A DNA stretch of 64,000 nucleotides from Patescibacteria group bacterium UBA1406 (lineage in GTDB: Bacteria > Patescibacteriota > Microgenomatia > UBA1406). The translations under genes were made by a program, and so were the position numbers. Of this stretch, positions 17,987 through 27,668 are shown one piece after another (position 1 is the first letter of the stretch; the number at the start of each line of letters is the position of its first letter). Under the pieces are notes generated by a model that was given only the letters and a program-made list of their open reading frames with translations, was not told where the DNA came from and searched no databases. The DNA lies in the NCBI GenBank assembly GCA_002305675.1, contig DBQA01000007.1, positions 46,653 to 110,652 on the forward strand. The letters run 5' to 3'.

Positions 17987-18691
17987 ATGCTCCAAACCTA
18001 CAAAGCCAAAGTTTCCAGTATCGATCAGGTAAGTCCTAAAGTGTACCGTTTTCGGTTCCAGCTGACCGAACCCCAGACCGTCAGCTTTACGGCCGGACAG
18101 TACCTACTACTGGATGTCAACGGGGCTTACCGGCAATACTCCATCTCTTCCTCCCCCTCCCAAAACACTTATGTGGAAACGGCGGTCGATATCACCCCCA
18201 TGGGCCTTGGCTCAAAATACCTGATGGGGCTGAAAAAGGGAGAAGAGGTGAGTTTCAGGGCTCCCCTGGGCATGTTCACCCTGAAAAAGACCGGTGCTCC
18301 GGTGGTTTTTTTGGCGACCGGAACCGGGGTCGTTCCCCTCAAGTCCATGATCCACCAGCTGACGGAGGATAATTATCCTCAACCCTATAAGCTAATTTGG
18401 GGATTGAGGGAAAGGCGCTCCATCTACTTCGACAAGGAGTGGCAGGAAATACGGGTCCAAAATCCTAACTTTGATTATCTATACTGTCTGTCCCGGGAAG
18501 AAAATCCGGATGGCCCCCGCCAGATGAAAGGCCATGTCCAGGACGCGCTGGCGGCCTTATCCCCGGAAGAACTCGGGAGGTCGGAATTTTATATCTGCGG
18601 CCGGTTCCAAACCGTAGAAGACCTAAAGGGTTTTCTGATAGACAAGCTAAAAATTCATCCTGACCGGCTCAACTATGAGAAGTTCACCTGA
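17987..18691 (+). CDS. ferredoxin-NADP reductase-like FAD/NAD(P)-binding oxidoreductase
   Basis: RQYSISS (the RxYS FAD motif) and FLATGTGVVPLKSM (NAD(P) binding) in 234 aa. TATACT lies 9 nt upstream of the ATG. Confidence 0.75.
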   Translation: MLQTYKAKVSSIDQVSPKVYRFRFQLTEPQTVSFTAGQYLLLDVNGAYRQYSISSSPSQNTYVETAVDITPMGLGSKYLMGLKKGEEVSFRAPLGMFTLKKTGAPVVFLATGTGVVPLKSMIHQLTEDNYPQPYKLIWGLRERRSIYFDKEWQEIRVQNPNFDYLYCLSREENPDGPRQMKGHVQDALAALSPEELGRSEFYICGRFQTVEDLKGFLIDKLKIHPDRLNYEKFT

Positions 18692-20006
18692 CAAAGCCCG
18701 TGCTATCGACATTCTCAGGGAAATAGTTGCTATTGAATCCGTTTCCACCGACCCCAAAAAGCAGCCGGACATCAGAAGAGCCGTCGATTACCTGAAACGG
18801 AACCTGACACCCTTAGGTTTTAGTGTTAATGTAGTCGGCAGCAAACTGCCTCTTGTCTTCGCCAAGCTTGACAGAAACAGCACTGAAACCCTGGCCTTTT
18901 ACAGTCACTATGACGTTCAACCTCCGGATCCTCTCCAAGAATGGCATTCTTCACCTTTCAAGTTGACAGAAAAAGACGGTCGGCTGTATGGCCGCGGAGT
19001 GGCCGACGATAAGGGGCATATCGCCCAGGTTATCGCTGCCCTGGAAGAGGCGGTACGCGAAAAAGCAATTGGAAAGAACGTCGTCCTGCTTTACGAGGGG
19101 GAAGAGGAGGTCGGCAGTCTCGAGTTTGAAAACTTTATTGGTCGGCTCGCACCGGAACTCGGGAAGGTTGACGCATTTTATATCCTCGATTCGAGCGTCA
19201 GAGACAAGAATACCCCCATGCTGCTATACGGACTGAGAGGACTCCTCTACTACGAATTGACTGTTAAAGGACCTGTCCACGACCTTCATTCAGGCCTTTA
19301 TGGCAATCTGTCCCCCAACCCCGCCAACATCATCAGCGCCTACCTTGCCAGCCTCAAGGACAAGAACCAAAAGGTCACTCTGCCTGATTTTTACCAGGAC
19401 GTTGTCAAACCTGACGCCAAGGAAAAAATCCTATTGAAGAGGGCATCGGGCAATTCCGCCGAAGTATTGAGAGGGATGGGGGTGAAGGAATTCCTCCTGC
19501 CCCAGAACATGCCATACGAATTTGCGGCCAAAACCTATCCCTCGTTCGATGTGCATGGCATCAGGAGCGGCTTTACCGATGAGGGGGTCAAAACCGTCAT
19601 TCCCTCCCAAGCAAGTGCCAAATTCTCCTTCCGACTTGTGCCCAACCAACAACCCGCCGCCATTGACCGGGAACTCAAGGCCTATACCAAGAAGTTCTTC
19701 GCCAAATATCCCGTTTCTTACGAACTGACAACCCAGAGCAGTTCTTTTCCTTACGTGACCGGCCTGGACAACGAATACATTCAGAAAACCGAATCAGTCT
19801 TCAAAAAGCATTTCCCAAAGCCTATTGTCTTTAATCGCTCAGGCGGCAGCATCCCGGCAGCCGAAGTATTGAGCCGGTTGTTCCAAAAGCCCGTCATCAT
19901 CACCGGTTTCGTAGGCACAGGCAGCCGGATCCACTCGCCGAACGAAAACACTGATAAAGAGCTGTTCCTGAAGGGCGTGAAAGTTATCAAAGACCTACTA
20001 AAGTGA
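18675..20006 (+). CDS. M20-family metallopeptidase/dipeptidase
   Basis: [11 protein letters not shown]...W.SSPF...[14 protein letters not shown], a typical M20 metal site. Confidence 0.8.
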   Translation: MRSSPDKARAIDILREIVAIESVSTDPKKQPDIRRAVDYLKRNLTPLGFSVNVVGSKLPLVFAKLDRNSTETLAFYSHYDVQPPDPLQEWHSSPFKLTEKDGRLYGRGVADDKGHIAQVIAALEEAVREKAIGKNVVLLYEGEEEVGSLEFENFIGRLAPELGKVDAFYILDSSVRDKNTPMLLYGLRGLLYYELTVKGPVHDLHSGLYGNLSPNPANIISAYLASLKDKNQKVTLPDFYQDVVKPDAKEKILLKRASGNSAEVLRGMGVKEFLLPQNMPYEFAAKTYPSFDVHGIRSGFTDEGVKTVIPSQASAKFSFRLVPNQQPAAIDRELKAYTKKFFAKYPVSYELTTQSSSFPYVTGLDNEYIQKTESVFKKHFPKPIVFNRSGGSIPAAEVLSRLFQKPVIITGFVGTGSRIHSPNENTDKELFLKGVKVIKDLLK

Positions 20007-20209
20007 AAAGGCTCACCCTTTTCTTCATCCGCTTTTACCAGAAAACAGCCTGGTTCAGTCTGGGCGTCTGTCGCTTCACACCCAGCTGTTCGGATTACAC
20101 CTATCGGGCGGTCAAGAAATACGGCAGCTGGAAAGGTTTGTATATGGGCATCAGGCGCATCCTCCGCTGCCACCCCTTCAGCCGCGGCGGCCACGACCCG
20201 GTGAAGTAG
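20003..20209 (+). CDS. yidD: membrane protein insertion efficiency factor YidD
   Basis: [19 protein letters not shown]...[16 protein letters not shown] in 68 aa. Confidence 0.9.
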   Translation: MKRLTLFFIRFYQKTAWFSLGVCRFTPSCSDYTYRAVKKYGSWKGLYMGIRRILRCHPFSRGGHDPVK

Positions 20210-20231
20210 CGTATGCTATAATACCTATCTT

Positions 20232-20483
20232 ATGAATCCGGAGATACAGGACTACCTTAAACCCGAGATAATTGTTCCGGCGCTTGCGGTCAGCGCCATT
20301 GCTGTCGTTGGGATAGCCCGCTTTTTGAGAAACAGGTTCCGCAAACCCCCGACCGAATATGAAAGCCGTGATTGGAACGATATGACAATCCAGGATGCTC
20401 ACATTCTCAACAAAGTGGGCTCGATCTTTAACGTCGACGGAGACAAAAAAAAGGTCACTACGCGCTTCCGCAAAAAGAAATAA
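20232..20483 (+). CDS. hypothetical single-TM protein
   Basis: 83 aa with a TM (IIVPALAVSAIAVVGIA) and a basic tail. TGcTATAAT lies 9 nt upstream. Confidence 0.45.
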   Translation: MNPEIQDYLKPEIIVPALAVSAIAVVGIARFLRNRFRKPPTEYESRDWNDMTIQDAHILNKVGSIFNVDGDKKKVTTRFRKKK

Positions 20484-20548
20484 TCCCCCGTTTGTAGTAA
20501 AATTGGCCAGAGCGTTCCATTTCAAATAACCAATGAAGGAGGTCAAAG

Positions 20549-20773
20549 ATGGATTGGAACCGCGCTCGTCTTGTTGCGCTGATCCTCTTGTCGGGATTCG
20601 AGCTAATGGCGGTGGCGGCTTTTGTGAAAAGCACGCGACTCCTAAGGTTGCCCGAAGATCTCGGGCAGTTGGCAGGGAACCTCTTCCTGCTGGCTCTCGT
20701 CTCCCTGGCCATGTGCCTCATGGCCAGAGACATCTGGAATGCAATGAGAGGGAATAAGCCTCCCTCTGATTGA
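20549..20773 (+). CDS. hypothetical two-TM protein
   Basis: 74 aa with two hydrophobic helices, followed by a terminator. Confidence 0.4.
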   Translation: MDWNRARLVALILLSGFELMAVAAFVKSTRLLRLPEDLGQLAGNLFLLALVSLAMCLMARDIWNAMRGNKPPSD

Positions 20774-20789
20774 CAGCGCAACATAAATT

Positions 20790-20820
20790 CGCCCGGGTGA
20801 AGAGCCCGGGCGTTTCCTTT
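20790..20820 (+). terminator. intrinsic terminator (possibly bidirectional, between convergent genes)
   Basis: 8-bp stem CGCCCGGG/CCCGGGCG (20790-20797 / 20805-20812) with a 7-nt loop, then TTTCCTTTT. Confidence 0.65.
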
Positions 20821-22736
20821 TACAGGGCAAGGCTCTCTTCGACCTTGGCGACTATACCCGCCGCGGATATCCCTTCATAGTCCAGTAACTCTGAGGGAGT
20901 CCCGCTTTTCGGCAGTTTGCGAACGGCCAGGGAATGGACCTTGGCCCCCGCATTCACGAGTGCCGACCTGACCGCTTCCCCCAGGCCACCTTCCGGATAA
21001 TGGTCTTCCACGGTAATAATGGTTTTCGTATCTTTGGCAGCTTGAAGAAGTGTCTTCTCGTCGAGGGGCTTGATCGAATATAGGTCGATGACACGGACAT
21101 GAATATCTTTCTTTTTTAAGTCCTGATAAGCTTTCAGAGCCTCATGCAAAGTCACTCCGGCCGCCACTATGGTCAGCTTATCCAGCGGGCTTTTCTTGAC
21201 TACTTTTGCGCCACCTATAGGAAACGTCTCGGCGTTGTCATAAATGACGGGCGTGGCCATCCTGGTGGTTCTGACGTAGACCATACCCCGGTGCTCGGCC
21301 GCCTTCTCGACCAGTTTCTCCGCGGCCACGGCATCAGACGGATACAGTACAACCATATCCGGAACGGAACGCATCAGGGAGAGATCCTCCAGGCCCATCT
21401 GCGATATCCCGTCCTCCCCGATGGACACGCCGGCATGCGAACCGACTATCTTGATGTTAGCATTGGAATACCGCCCCATTCTGATCTGGTCGTGCGCGCG
21501 GGTCAGGAAGGCCGCGAAGGTGGACACAAAGGGAATCTTGCCTCTCAAAGCAAGTCCGTTGGCTGCCCCGATCATGTTCTGTTCCGCAATGAACATCTCA
21601 AAGAACTTATCGGGATGTTTCTGCTCGAAGATCTCGGCAAAAGTGGAGTTCTCCGTACCCGCGTCCAGGACCACGAGTTCGGGCATCCCTTTCTCGAGCT
21701 TGGCCAGGGCCCTACCATATGCCTTTCTCGTCGCGACCTGTTCCCCCTTTTTATAATCCGGCCTGACGGCGCCTCCTGTGGGAACAGCCGCCCTCCCCTG
21801 CTTTGGCTCTGGGCCATTAATATACTTGCTTAGTTTGTCGCTGATGTTCTTCAGGTCCGCCGCCACTGCCTCGGGCTTGAGAATACCGCCCCTTATGTTC
21901 CGGTCGATCTCGCCCAGTTCCGCGAGAGCCCTGTCCAATTCCATGGGTGACAAAGCCTTGCCGTGCCAGCCGTCCTTGTTCTCGATGAATGAAACGCCCT
22001 TCCCTTTTCTGGTCTTGGCAATGATGGCCACGGGCCTGTCCTTGACACCGAGCCTTTTCTTAAATGCCTCCCCCACAGCCTCCAGGCTGTTGCCGTTCAG
22101 GACCTTGATCGTTCCCCAGCCAAAGGCGGCAAACTTCCTTTCAAAAACGTCCAGGTGCCAGCCTGAAACGGATTCCCCTGTTTGCTCCAGTCTGCTGACA
22201 TCCACCAGAGCGGTCAGGTTGGACAGGTTATAATGACTGGCTATCTGGGCCGCCTCCCAGTTCGACCCCTCCATCATCTCCCCGTCGCCCAAAAGCACAT
22301 AAGTGTGGTAAGGCAGTTTGTCCAGGTATTTGGCGTTCAGGGCAAACCCAACTCCGATGGAGAGTCCCTGGCCGAGGGAACCGGTAGCCGCCTCGGCGTA
22401 TGGGAATGCCGGAGTCGGATGCCCTTCAAGGCGACTGCCGAACTTTCTGAGCGTCCACAATTCCTCCTCCTTGATCGCCCCCGCGGCCGCATACAGAGAA
22501 TACAGGAGCGGCGCGGCGTGCCCTTTCGAGAAAATCACCCGGTCATTGTTGGGGTGGGTAGGATCCTCCAGATGGTATTTCAGGTGGCCGCCGAAATACA
22601 AAACCGTCAGAAGCTCTGCGGCAGACAGGGAGGAAGTGGGATGTCCTGACCCGGCAAGAGCGGTGGACCTCAGGATGAAGTATCTGACCAGCCGGACAAG
22701 TTCCCGGAGCTCTTTGGCCTGAGATTTTTCGCTCAT
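20820..22736 (-). CDS. tkt: transketolase
   Basis: 638 aa with the ThDP motif GDGEMMEGSNWEA, plus pyrimidine-binding and C-terminal domains. Confidence 0.93.
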   Translation of the reverse strand: MSEKSQAKELRELVRLVRYFILRSTALAGSGHPTSSLSAAELLTVLYFGGHLKYHLEDPTHPNNDRVIFSKGHAAPLLYSLYAAAGAIKEEELWTLRKFGSRLEGHPTPAFPYAEAATGSLGQGLSIGVGFALNAKYLDKLPYHTYVLLGDGEMMEGSNWEAAQIASHYNLSNLTALVDVSRLEQTGESVSGWHLDVFERKFAAFGWGTIKVLNGNSLEAVGEAFKKRLGVKDRPVAIIAKTRKGKGVSFIENKDGWHGKALSPMELDRALAELGEIDRNIRGGILKPEAVAADLKNISDKLSKYINGPEPKQGRAAVPTGGAVRPDYKKGEQVATRKAYGRALAKLEKGMPELVVLDAGTENSTFAEIFEQKHPDKFFEMFIAEQNMIGAANGLALRGKIPFVSTFAAFLTRAHDQIRMGRYSNANIKIVGSHAGVSIGEDGISQMGLEDLSLMRSVPDMVVLYPSDAVAAEKLVEKAAEHRGMVYVRTTRMATPVIYDNAETFPIGGAKVVKKSPLDKLTIVAAGVTLHEALKAYQDLKKKDIHVRVIDLYSIKPLDEKTLLQAAKDTKTIITVEDHYPEGGLGEAVRSALVNAGAKVHSLAVRKLPKSGTPSELLDYEGISAAGIVAKVEESLAL

Positions 22737-22743
22737 GACAAGA

Positions 22744-25700
22744 TCATAAAGTAGCTAATCTGGGAGCTTCTTCCGGAAGTGGAACCTGTATCTTCTCCAC
22801 CTCGGGCTTCCTCCCGGCGACCTCTTTACCGCAGCGGGCGCAAATAGCCGTACTTCGGCCGGGGATGATGAGCGTCTCAAAATCGTATCCGCAGGAGGCG
22901 CAGTGCAGTTTTTTCTTGGCCGAGCCGTTCGTGCCTTCGTTCAGTTTGGCAGCCGTAGTGGCAAAGGTCAGCTTTTCCCCGTCGAAATCCACCAGGATAA
23001 CATCACCTTCCTTAGCTTTTCCATCAATGATGATCTCGGAGATCGGATTTTCCACATGGCGCTGGATCGCCCTCCGAAGTGGTCTCGCCCCGAACACGGG
23101 GTCAAATCCCAACCGGGCGATCTCCTTCTCGGCGAACTCGGTCACTTCCAGGCTCAGATTCTGTTCCTCCAAAAGCTGCCGCAAACCCTTCAGTTGCAGC
23201 TTGACTATCTTCAGCATATGCGCATATTTCAGTGGCTCGAAGACTATCACTTCGTCGAACCGGTTGACAAGCTCAGGCCTCATGAACTTCAGAAGTTCAT
23301 TCAGGATGGTCTCTTTTAGCTTGGCGTATTTTTTAGTGTCGGCGCTATCGGACATCTCGCGCACCTTCTGGATCTTCTCCTCAAGCGGGAAACCGCCCCC
23401 GAAATACTCCGGGATACGCTTAGCCTGCCAGCCGTCCGCCAACTTCACATAAACGTTCTCGCCGGTGATGATGGTCTCCTCGCCCTGACTGTTGAAGAAG
23501 TGGATATCCCAGTTGGCCGTCGGGAGGGGCTTGCCGTCTTTGGTCTTGGTGCCGGCAAAGTAGTCTGCCAGAGCCATCGTTTCCCAATCCTTTGTCCCGT
23601 GCGCCCTTCTCCAAAGCCTGTTCCGGAAGGTGACGATCTCGTCTTCCTGGGGGGTAAAGGCATGGGTGGACAGAGATGCCGTCGGCAGCTGGTCTTCCGG
23701 GGTGTCCGGCAGGGCGTTCACCACCACCTGGTCCTTGAAGAATTCCACCAGCTTCTGCTTTTGCCATTCCTTGGCCGTGGTCGCGGTCCTCACCGTGATG
23801 ACATCCCCGGCGGAGATGTATTCCGAACCCTGCGGGGAGATGGCATGGGTGTCGAGGGCAAAAGGCTCGAACCCGGCAGCCTGACCTTTCCCTTCTGCAT
23901 TCTTTTCCATGACCGTCTGACCGGCAAAATAATCCCGCAAGAGCTTTTCCTGCCATTTTCCGTCTGCGCTGTCCTTGGTGAACAGGGTGTTGCCGACCGT
24001 CAGGATGGCCCTTCCTCTCGGCGACACCGCGTATGTGTTCAGGGCTGGCGGTTCTTCGATATCCTGCTTGCCCTGTTTCATCAGTTCCTGCTGGATGAGG
24101 GTGGAGCCGATATTGGAAGTGCAGATCACAACCGTATTCTTGAACGAGATGGTATGGCCCTTGTTGTCCGTCAGCCGGCCGTCATCCAGGATCTGCAGTA
24201 AAATATTGAAGATGTCGGGATGGGCCTTCTCGACCTCGTCGAACAAAACCACCGAATATGGCTTTCTTTTGACGGCTTCCGTCAACTTGCCCCCCTCTTC
24301 ATAGCCGACATATCCCGGGGGCGCTCCGAGGAGCTTGGCCACTTCATGCTTCTCCATGTACTCGGTCATGTCGAAGCGGATCATGGAGTCTTCCGATCCG
24401 AATAGGATCTCGGCCAGTGTTTTGACCAGTTCCGTTTTTCCGACACCCGTCGGACCAAGGAAAACAAAGCTGCCGATAGGCCGCTTCACGTTCTTCAGGC
24501 CGGCCCGCCCCCTTCTGATGGCCTGTGCCACCGACGCAATGGCTGTTTCCTGGCCAATAAGCCGCTCATGCATGATGTCCTCAAGATGGGCGATCTTTTC
24601 CTTTTCGGTATCGCCGATCTTGTTGACGGGAATACCGGTCCAGCGGGAGATAACGTCCTTGATCATATCCACCGTCACTACCCCGACGGACTGGGCTTTC
24701 CTTTGCTGGAACTCGTCCTGTTTGGCTTTCAGTTCGTCCTGAGAATCGATGATCTTTTTCTCAAGAACGTTCGCTTTCACCTTGTTGCCCGCCTTCAGGG
24801 CCTCATCCTTTTCCTGTGAGAGCTGTTTGATACGGTTTTCCACCGACTTGATCTCCTCGGGAAGCGAGATTATGGGCAGTCGGACGGCTGAAGCGGTCTC
24901 GTCTATCAGGTCTATGGCCTTGTCCGGCAGGAAGCGACCGCCCACATACCTCTTGGACAGCCGGACCGCCGCTTCGAGAGCTTCGTTCGGGATCTTGACC
25001 TTATGAAATGCCTCGAATTTATCCCTCAGGGCAAACATCATCTTTATGGCTTGCTCCTCGGTCGGCTCGGGAACGATGATGGGTTGGAACCTTCTTTCCA
25101 GGGCCGGGTCCTTTTCGATATACTTGCGGTACTCCATGGTCGTGGTCGCCCCGATGACCTGGATCTCCCCCCGCGCGAGGGCCGGTTTCAGGATGTTGCC
25201 CGCATCGCCCGCTCCTTCCGAACCCCCGCCAGCGGTAATATTGTGTACTTCGTCGATGAACATGATTATCTGCCCGGCACTACCCTTCAGTTCGTCCAGA
25301 AGGGCTTTGAACCTTTCCTCAAAGTCCCCGCGATGCGAGGTGCCGGCGATAAGCGCCATCAGATCGAGCTCCAGAACTCTTTTGTTCAGGAGGCTCTCCG
25401 GCACTTCCTTGGCGACGATCTTCTGGGCCAGACCTTCCACTATGGCGGTCTTACCGACCCCGGCTTCCCCGGTCAGGGCAGGATTGTTCTTGGAGCGCCT
25501 AGACAGAATGTGGATCACCCTCTCGATGATCGCGGCCCTCTCAACCACCGGGTCGAGCTTGCCTTCCATCGCCTTTTTGGTCAGGTCGGTGGTATATTTT
25601 TCTAGGGCGCTTTCTTTTTTCTTACCGCCCTCTTTGCCTTCGGCTTCCTCCTCGGCTTTTTTCTTGCCAAGTACCTTAATGCTCAGCTCTTCCTTGTTCA

Positions 25701-26397
25701 ATCCCGTCTGCGACAGGACCCTCGCCCCCACGCCTTCCCCTTCGTTGAACAGGGCATAAAGCATGTGCTCGGGAGAAATGAACTCGTAACCGAGCTTTCT
25801 GGCCACGATCAGGGCATCTTCAAGGATCTTCTTCACCCGCGGAGAGATCTGCGGCTTGTCATTGGCGGTACCTGGTTTCATGGCCGCAATAAGCTGCTTG
25901 CTGACCTCCTGGGGAATGACCTTGAGACCGGACAGGAGGTTGAAGATCTCCTGGTCGGACAGGAGCCCGAACAAGAGGTGCTCACTGTCCACCATCGGGC
26001 TTTTCAGCTCCCCAGCTTTTTGGGCAGCAGAGGTCAGCACCCGGTTCGAACGCTGCGTCAGTCTGGTCATAATATCCATACCGGTCTTTTTATCCATGTG
26101 GCTATCCTCTTTTTTAACGCTTGATTCGGGTTCTGGACTTTGGGCGGGCGGTTTGCTCTCCGCCGGAGTAACGGCCGGGGGGTTGACAGCCGGAGGCGGC
26201 ATAATGCCGTCCGTAGTCCGTCCGCCGCCCGGTGCCGGCCCTATGCCGTTATACATTTTGGGGGCGGGACCAGCGGACTGGGATGACTGCACGACAGGTT
26301 CTTCCGCAATCTGGGAGCCTTGGTTTGCCTGGGCGGGTGGCTGACTGTTTTGCGGATTGCCCTGTGGCTGCGATTTCAGGAAATTCAAAATCCCCAT
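22744..26397 (-). CDS. ClpC/ClpB-like double-AAA+ chaperone with a disordered N-terminus, a ~225-aa four-repeat insertion in D2 and a C-terminal zinc ribbon
   Basis: Clp_N repeats ([19 protein letters not shown]), D1 Walker [10 protein letters not shown]2 Walker A GPTGVGKT, sensor/arginine [10 protein letters not shown]. See the findings for the additions. Confidence 0.9.
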   Translation of the reverse strand: MGILNFLKSQPQGNPQNSQPPAQANQGSQIAEEPVVQSSQSAGPAPKMYNGIGPAPGGGRTTDGIMPPPAVNPPAVTPAESKPPAQSPEPESSVKKEDSHMDKKTGMDIMTRLTQRSNRVLTSAAQKAGELKSPMVDSEHLLFGLLSDQEIFNLLSGLKVIPQEVSKQLIAAMKPGTANDKPQISPRVKKILEDALIVARKLGYEFISPEHMLYALFNEGEGVGARVLSQTGLNKEELSIKVLGKKKAEEEAEGKEGGKKKESALEKYTTDLTKKAMEGKLDPVVERAAIIERVIHILSRRSKNNPALTGEAGVGKTAIVEGLAQKIVAKEVPESLLNKRVLELDLMALIAGTSHRGDFEERFKALLDELKGSAGQIIMFIDEVHNITAGGGSEGAGDAGNILKPALARGEIQVIGATTTMEYRKYIEKDPALERRFQPIIVPEPTEEQAIKMMFALRDKFEAFHKVKIPNEALEAAVRLSKRYVGGRFLPDKAIDLIDETASAVRLPIISLPEEIKSVENRIKQLSQEKDEALKAGNKVKANVLEKKIIDSQDELKAKQDEFQQRKAQSVGVVTVDMIKDVISRWTGIPVNKIGDTEKEKIAHLEDIMHERLIGQETAIASVAQAIRRGRAGLKNVKRPIGSFVFLGPTGVGKTELVKTLAEILFGSEDSMIRFDMTEYMEKHEVAKLLGAPPGYVGYEEGGKLTEAVKRKPYSVVLFDEVEKAHPDIFNILLQILDDGRLTDNKGHTISFKNTVVICTSNIGSTLIQQELMKQGKQDIEEPPALNTYAVSPRGRAILTVGNTLFTKDSADGKWQEKLLRDYFAGQTVMEKNAEGKGQAAGFEPFALDTHAISPQGSEYISAGDVITVRTATTAKEWQKQKLVEFFKDQVVVNALPDTPEDQLPTASLSTHAFTPQEDEIVTFRNRLWRRAHGTKDWETMALADYFAGTKTKDGKPLPTANWDIHFFNSQGEETIITGENVYVKLADGWQAKRIPEYFGGGFPLEEKIQKVREMSDSADTKKYAKLKETILNELLKFMRPELVNRFDEVIVFEPLKYAHMLKIVKLQLKGLRQLLEEQNLSLEVTEFAEKEIARLGFDPVFGARPLRRAIQRHVENPISEIIIDGKAKEGDVILVDFDGEKLTFATTAAKLNEGTNGSAKKKLHCASCGYDFETLIIPGRSTAICARCGKEVAGRKPEVEKIQVPLPEEAPRLATL
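23383..24060 (-). repeat. four tandem ~40-55-aa protein repeats encoded inside the D2 AAA+ module (about aa 780-1005)
   Basis: Repeat cores are [11 protein letters not shown]...[24 protein letters not shown]...[24 protein letters not shown]...[13 protein letters not shown] and [13 protein letters not shown]...[13 protein letters not shown]. Confidence 0.75.
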
Positions 26398-26406
26398 ATA
26401 AAAATC

Positions 26407-26435
26407 ATTATGGAGGAAACGAAAAGACTTGTCAA
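26407..26435 (-). promoter_or_regulatory. promoter TTGACA-17-CATAAT, 9 nt upstream of the clpC-like ATG
   Basis: -35 at 26435-26430 and -10 at 26412-26407. Confidence 0.55.
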
Positions 26436-26457
26436 ATAATATTCATCCAACTACAAT
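26429..26457 (+). promoter_or_regulatory. promoter TTGTCA-17-TACAAT, 6 nt upstream of ATG 26464
   Basis: -35 at 26429-26434 and -10 at 26452-26457. The -35 overlaps the -35 of the divergent promoter. Confidence 0.55.
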
Positions 26458-26463
26458 TAAGGC

Positions 26464-26781
26464 ATGCGGCTACTATCACAGTCCATAAATATTGATGGTC
26501 AGACCATCGAAGGTCCGTTGTCCGGCAATAACCCTATCACCGGCCAGAAACTGGAAACCGTCGGGGATATTGTCAACCTTGCGCTAGCCGTCATCTTTCC
26601 GCTTGCCTTAGTGGCCTTGTTCATCTATCTAGTGTGGGGCGGCGTGGACATGGCCAGGAACCTCGGCAACCCCGAGCTGATTAAAAAGGGTAAGGAGCGG
26701 ATCACAAATGCAATTATCGGCATCATCGTCCTCTCGGTATCATACTGGGGGGCCCAGATTCTGAGGGATATCTTCTTCTGA
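26464..26781 (+). CDS. small two-TM secreted/membrane protein resembling TrbC/VirB2-type (T4SS) pilins common in CPR genomes
   Basis: 105 aa. The pattern ...LALVALFIYLVWGGVDMARNLGNPELIKKGKERITNAIIGIIVLSVSYW matches my memory of the T4SS_pilin family layout. Not verified by search. Confidence 0.4.
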   Translation: MRLLSQSINIDGQTIEGPLSGNNPITGQKLETVGDIVNLALAVIFPLALVALFIYLVWGGVDMARNLGNPELIKKGKERITNAIIGIIVLSVSYWGAQILRDIFF

Positions 26782-26789
26782 GACCTACC

Positions 26790-27611
26790 TTAACGGAGGG
26801 CCTTGATGGCCCGGGAATAATCCTCATTGGTGCCGACGTCGAACCACATGCTGTCGAACACATAGCCCGAGACGAATTTCCTCTGGGAGAGCTCGGCCAG
26901 AACATCCTCGAAGTTGAATTTGGTCTTTTTCGGAAAATAGTTGAAAATCTCCTGGTTGCAAACATAAACGCCTGTATTGACAAGATTTTTTTCCCTCGCC
27001 TGCTTGTTCCGGTGGAACTCTGTCACTAAATGGCCTTTGAGGGAGATCTGCCCAAATGCCCTGGTGTCCTTCAGGGGTTTGAGGGCGATGGTGACTATAT
27101 TGCCAAGGTCCTGGTGATAGGCGAGCAGTTCCTTGACATCGATATCGGTAACTATATCCCCATGGATTACCAGGAAAGGCGAGGACTTTATCTTGCCTTG
27201 CGCTTTTCTCAGCGCTCCGCCCGTGCCGAGCGGGTTTTTTTCTTCCGAGTATTCTAGCTGAATGCCGAAACGGCTGCCGTCCCCGAAGCTCTCCCGGATC
27301 TTGTTGCCGAGCCGGCCGGTCAGAAGAATGACATCCTTGATGCCGGAATTCTTCAAAAGATTGATGGAATACTCAAGTAACGGCTTGTCCTTCAGGGGTA
27401 GTAGGGATTTGGGCATCTCGTAGGTGTACGGCCTCATCCTGGCCCCCGCCCCACCCGCCAGGACCACCGCCTGGGTTTCGGCCGAATAAAACGATTTGTT
27501 CAGGTAGTACTCAATAGCGTGCGATCGGTTCCTTAGCTTGACCCCATCCACCGCGGTGTCTATCTTTTTGAGAATGGAGTCCTTGAGGGTAATCGTGAGG
27601 CGGGTTCTCAT
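26790..27611 (-). CDS. ribbon-helix-helix (CopG-like) domain fused to a sugar-1-phosphate nucleotidylyltransferase
   Basis: The N-terminus RLTITLKDSILKKIDTAVDGVKLRNRSHAIEYYL is RHH-like. It is followed by VVLAGGAGARMRPYTYEMPKSLLPL (the NTP_transferase G-rich loop). Confidence 0.75.
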   Translation of the reverse strand: MRTRLTITLKDSILKKIDTAVDGVKLRNRSHAIEYYLNKSFYSAETQAVVLAGGAGARMRPYTYEMPKSLLPLKDKPLLEYSINLLKNSGIKDVILLTGRLGNKIRESFGDGSRFGIQLEYSEEKNPLGTGGALRKAQGKIKSSPFLVIHGDIVTDIDVKELLAYHQDLGNIVTIALKPLKDTRAFGQISLKGHLVTEFHRNKQAREKNLVNTGVYVCNQEIFNYFPKKTKFNFEDVLAELSQRKFVSGYVFDSMWFDVGTNEDYSRAIKALR

Positions 27612-27651
27612 TTTGAGGCATATTATACCATCAAAGCCCGTCCGATTAAAA

Positions 27652-27660
27652 TGGTATAAT
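27652..27660 (+). promoter_or_regulatory. extended -10 (TGgTATAAT) 8 nt upstream of the ftsH ATG
   Basis: The sequence reads aaaaTGGTATAATtaacgccgATG. Confidence 0.45.
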
Positions 27661-27668
27661 TAACGCCG

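Noticed and set aside
22865-26344. Numerous 80-240-aa ORFs on both strands within the clpC-like gene.
   Set aside because: They all overlap the 1217-aa AAA+ frame, whose Walker and sensor motifs are intact. GC-rich genes generate long antisense ORFs by chance.
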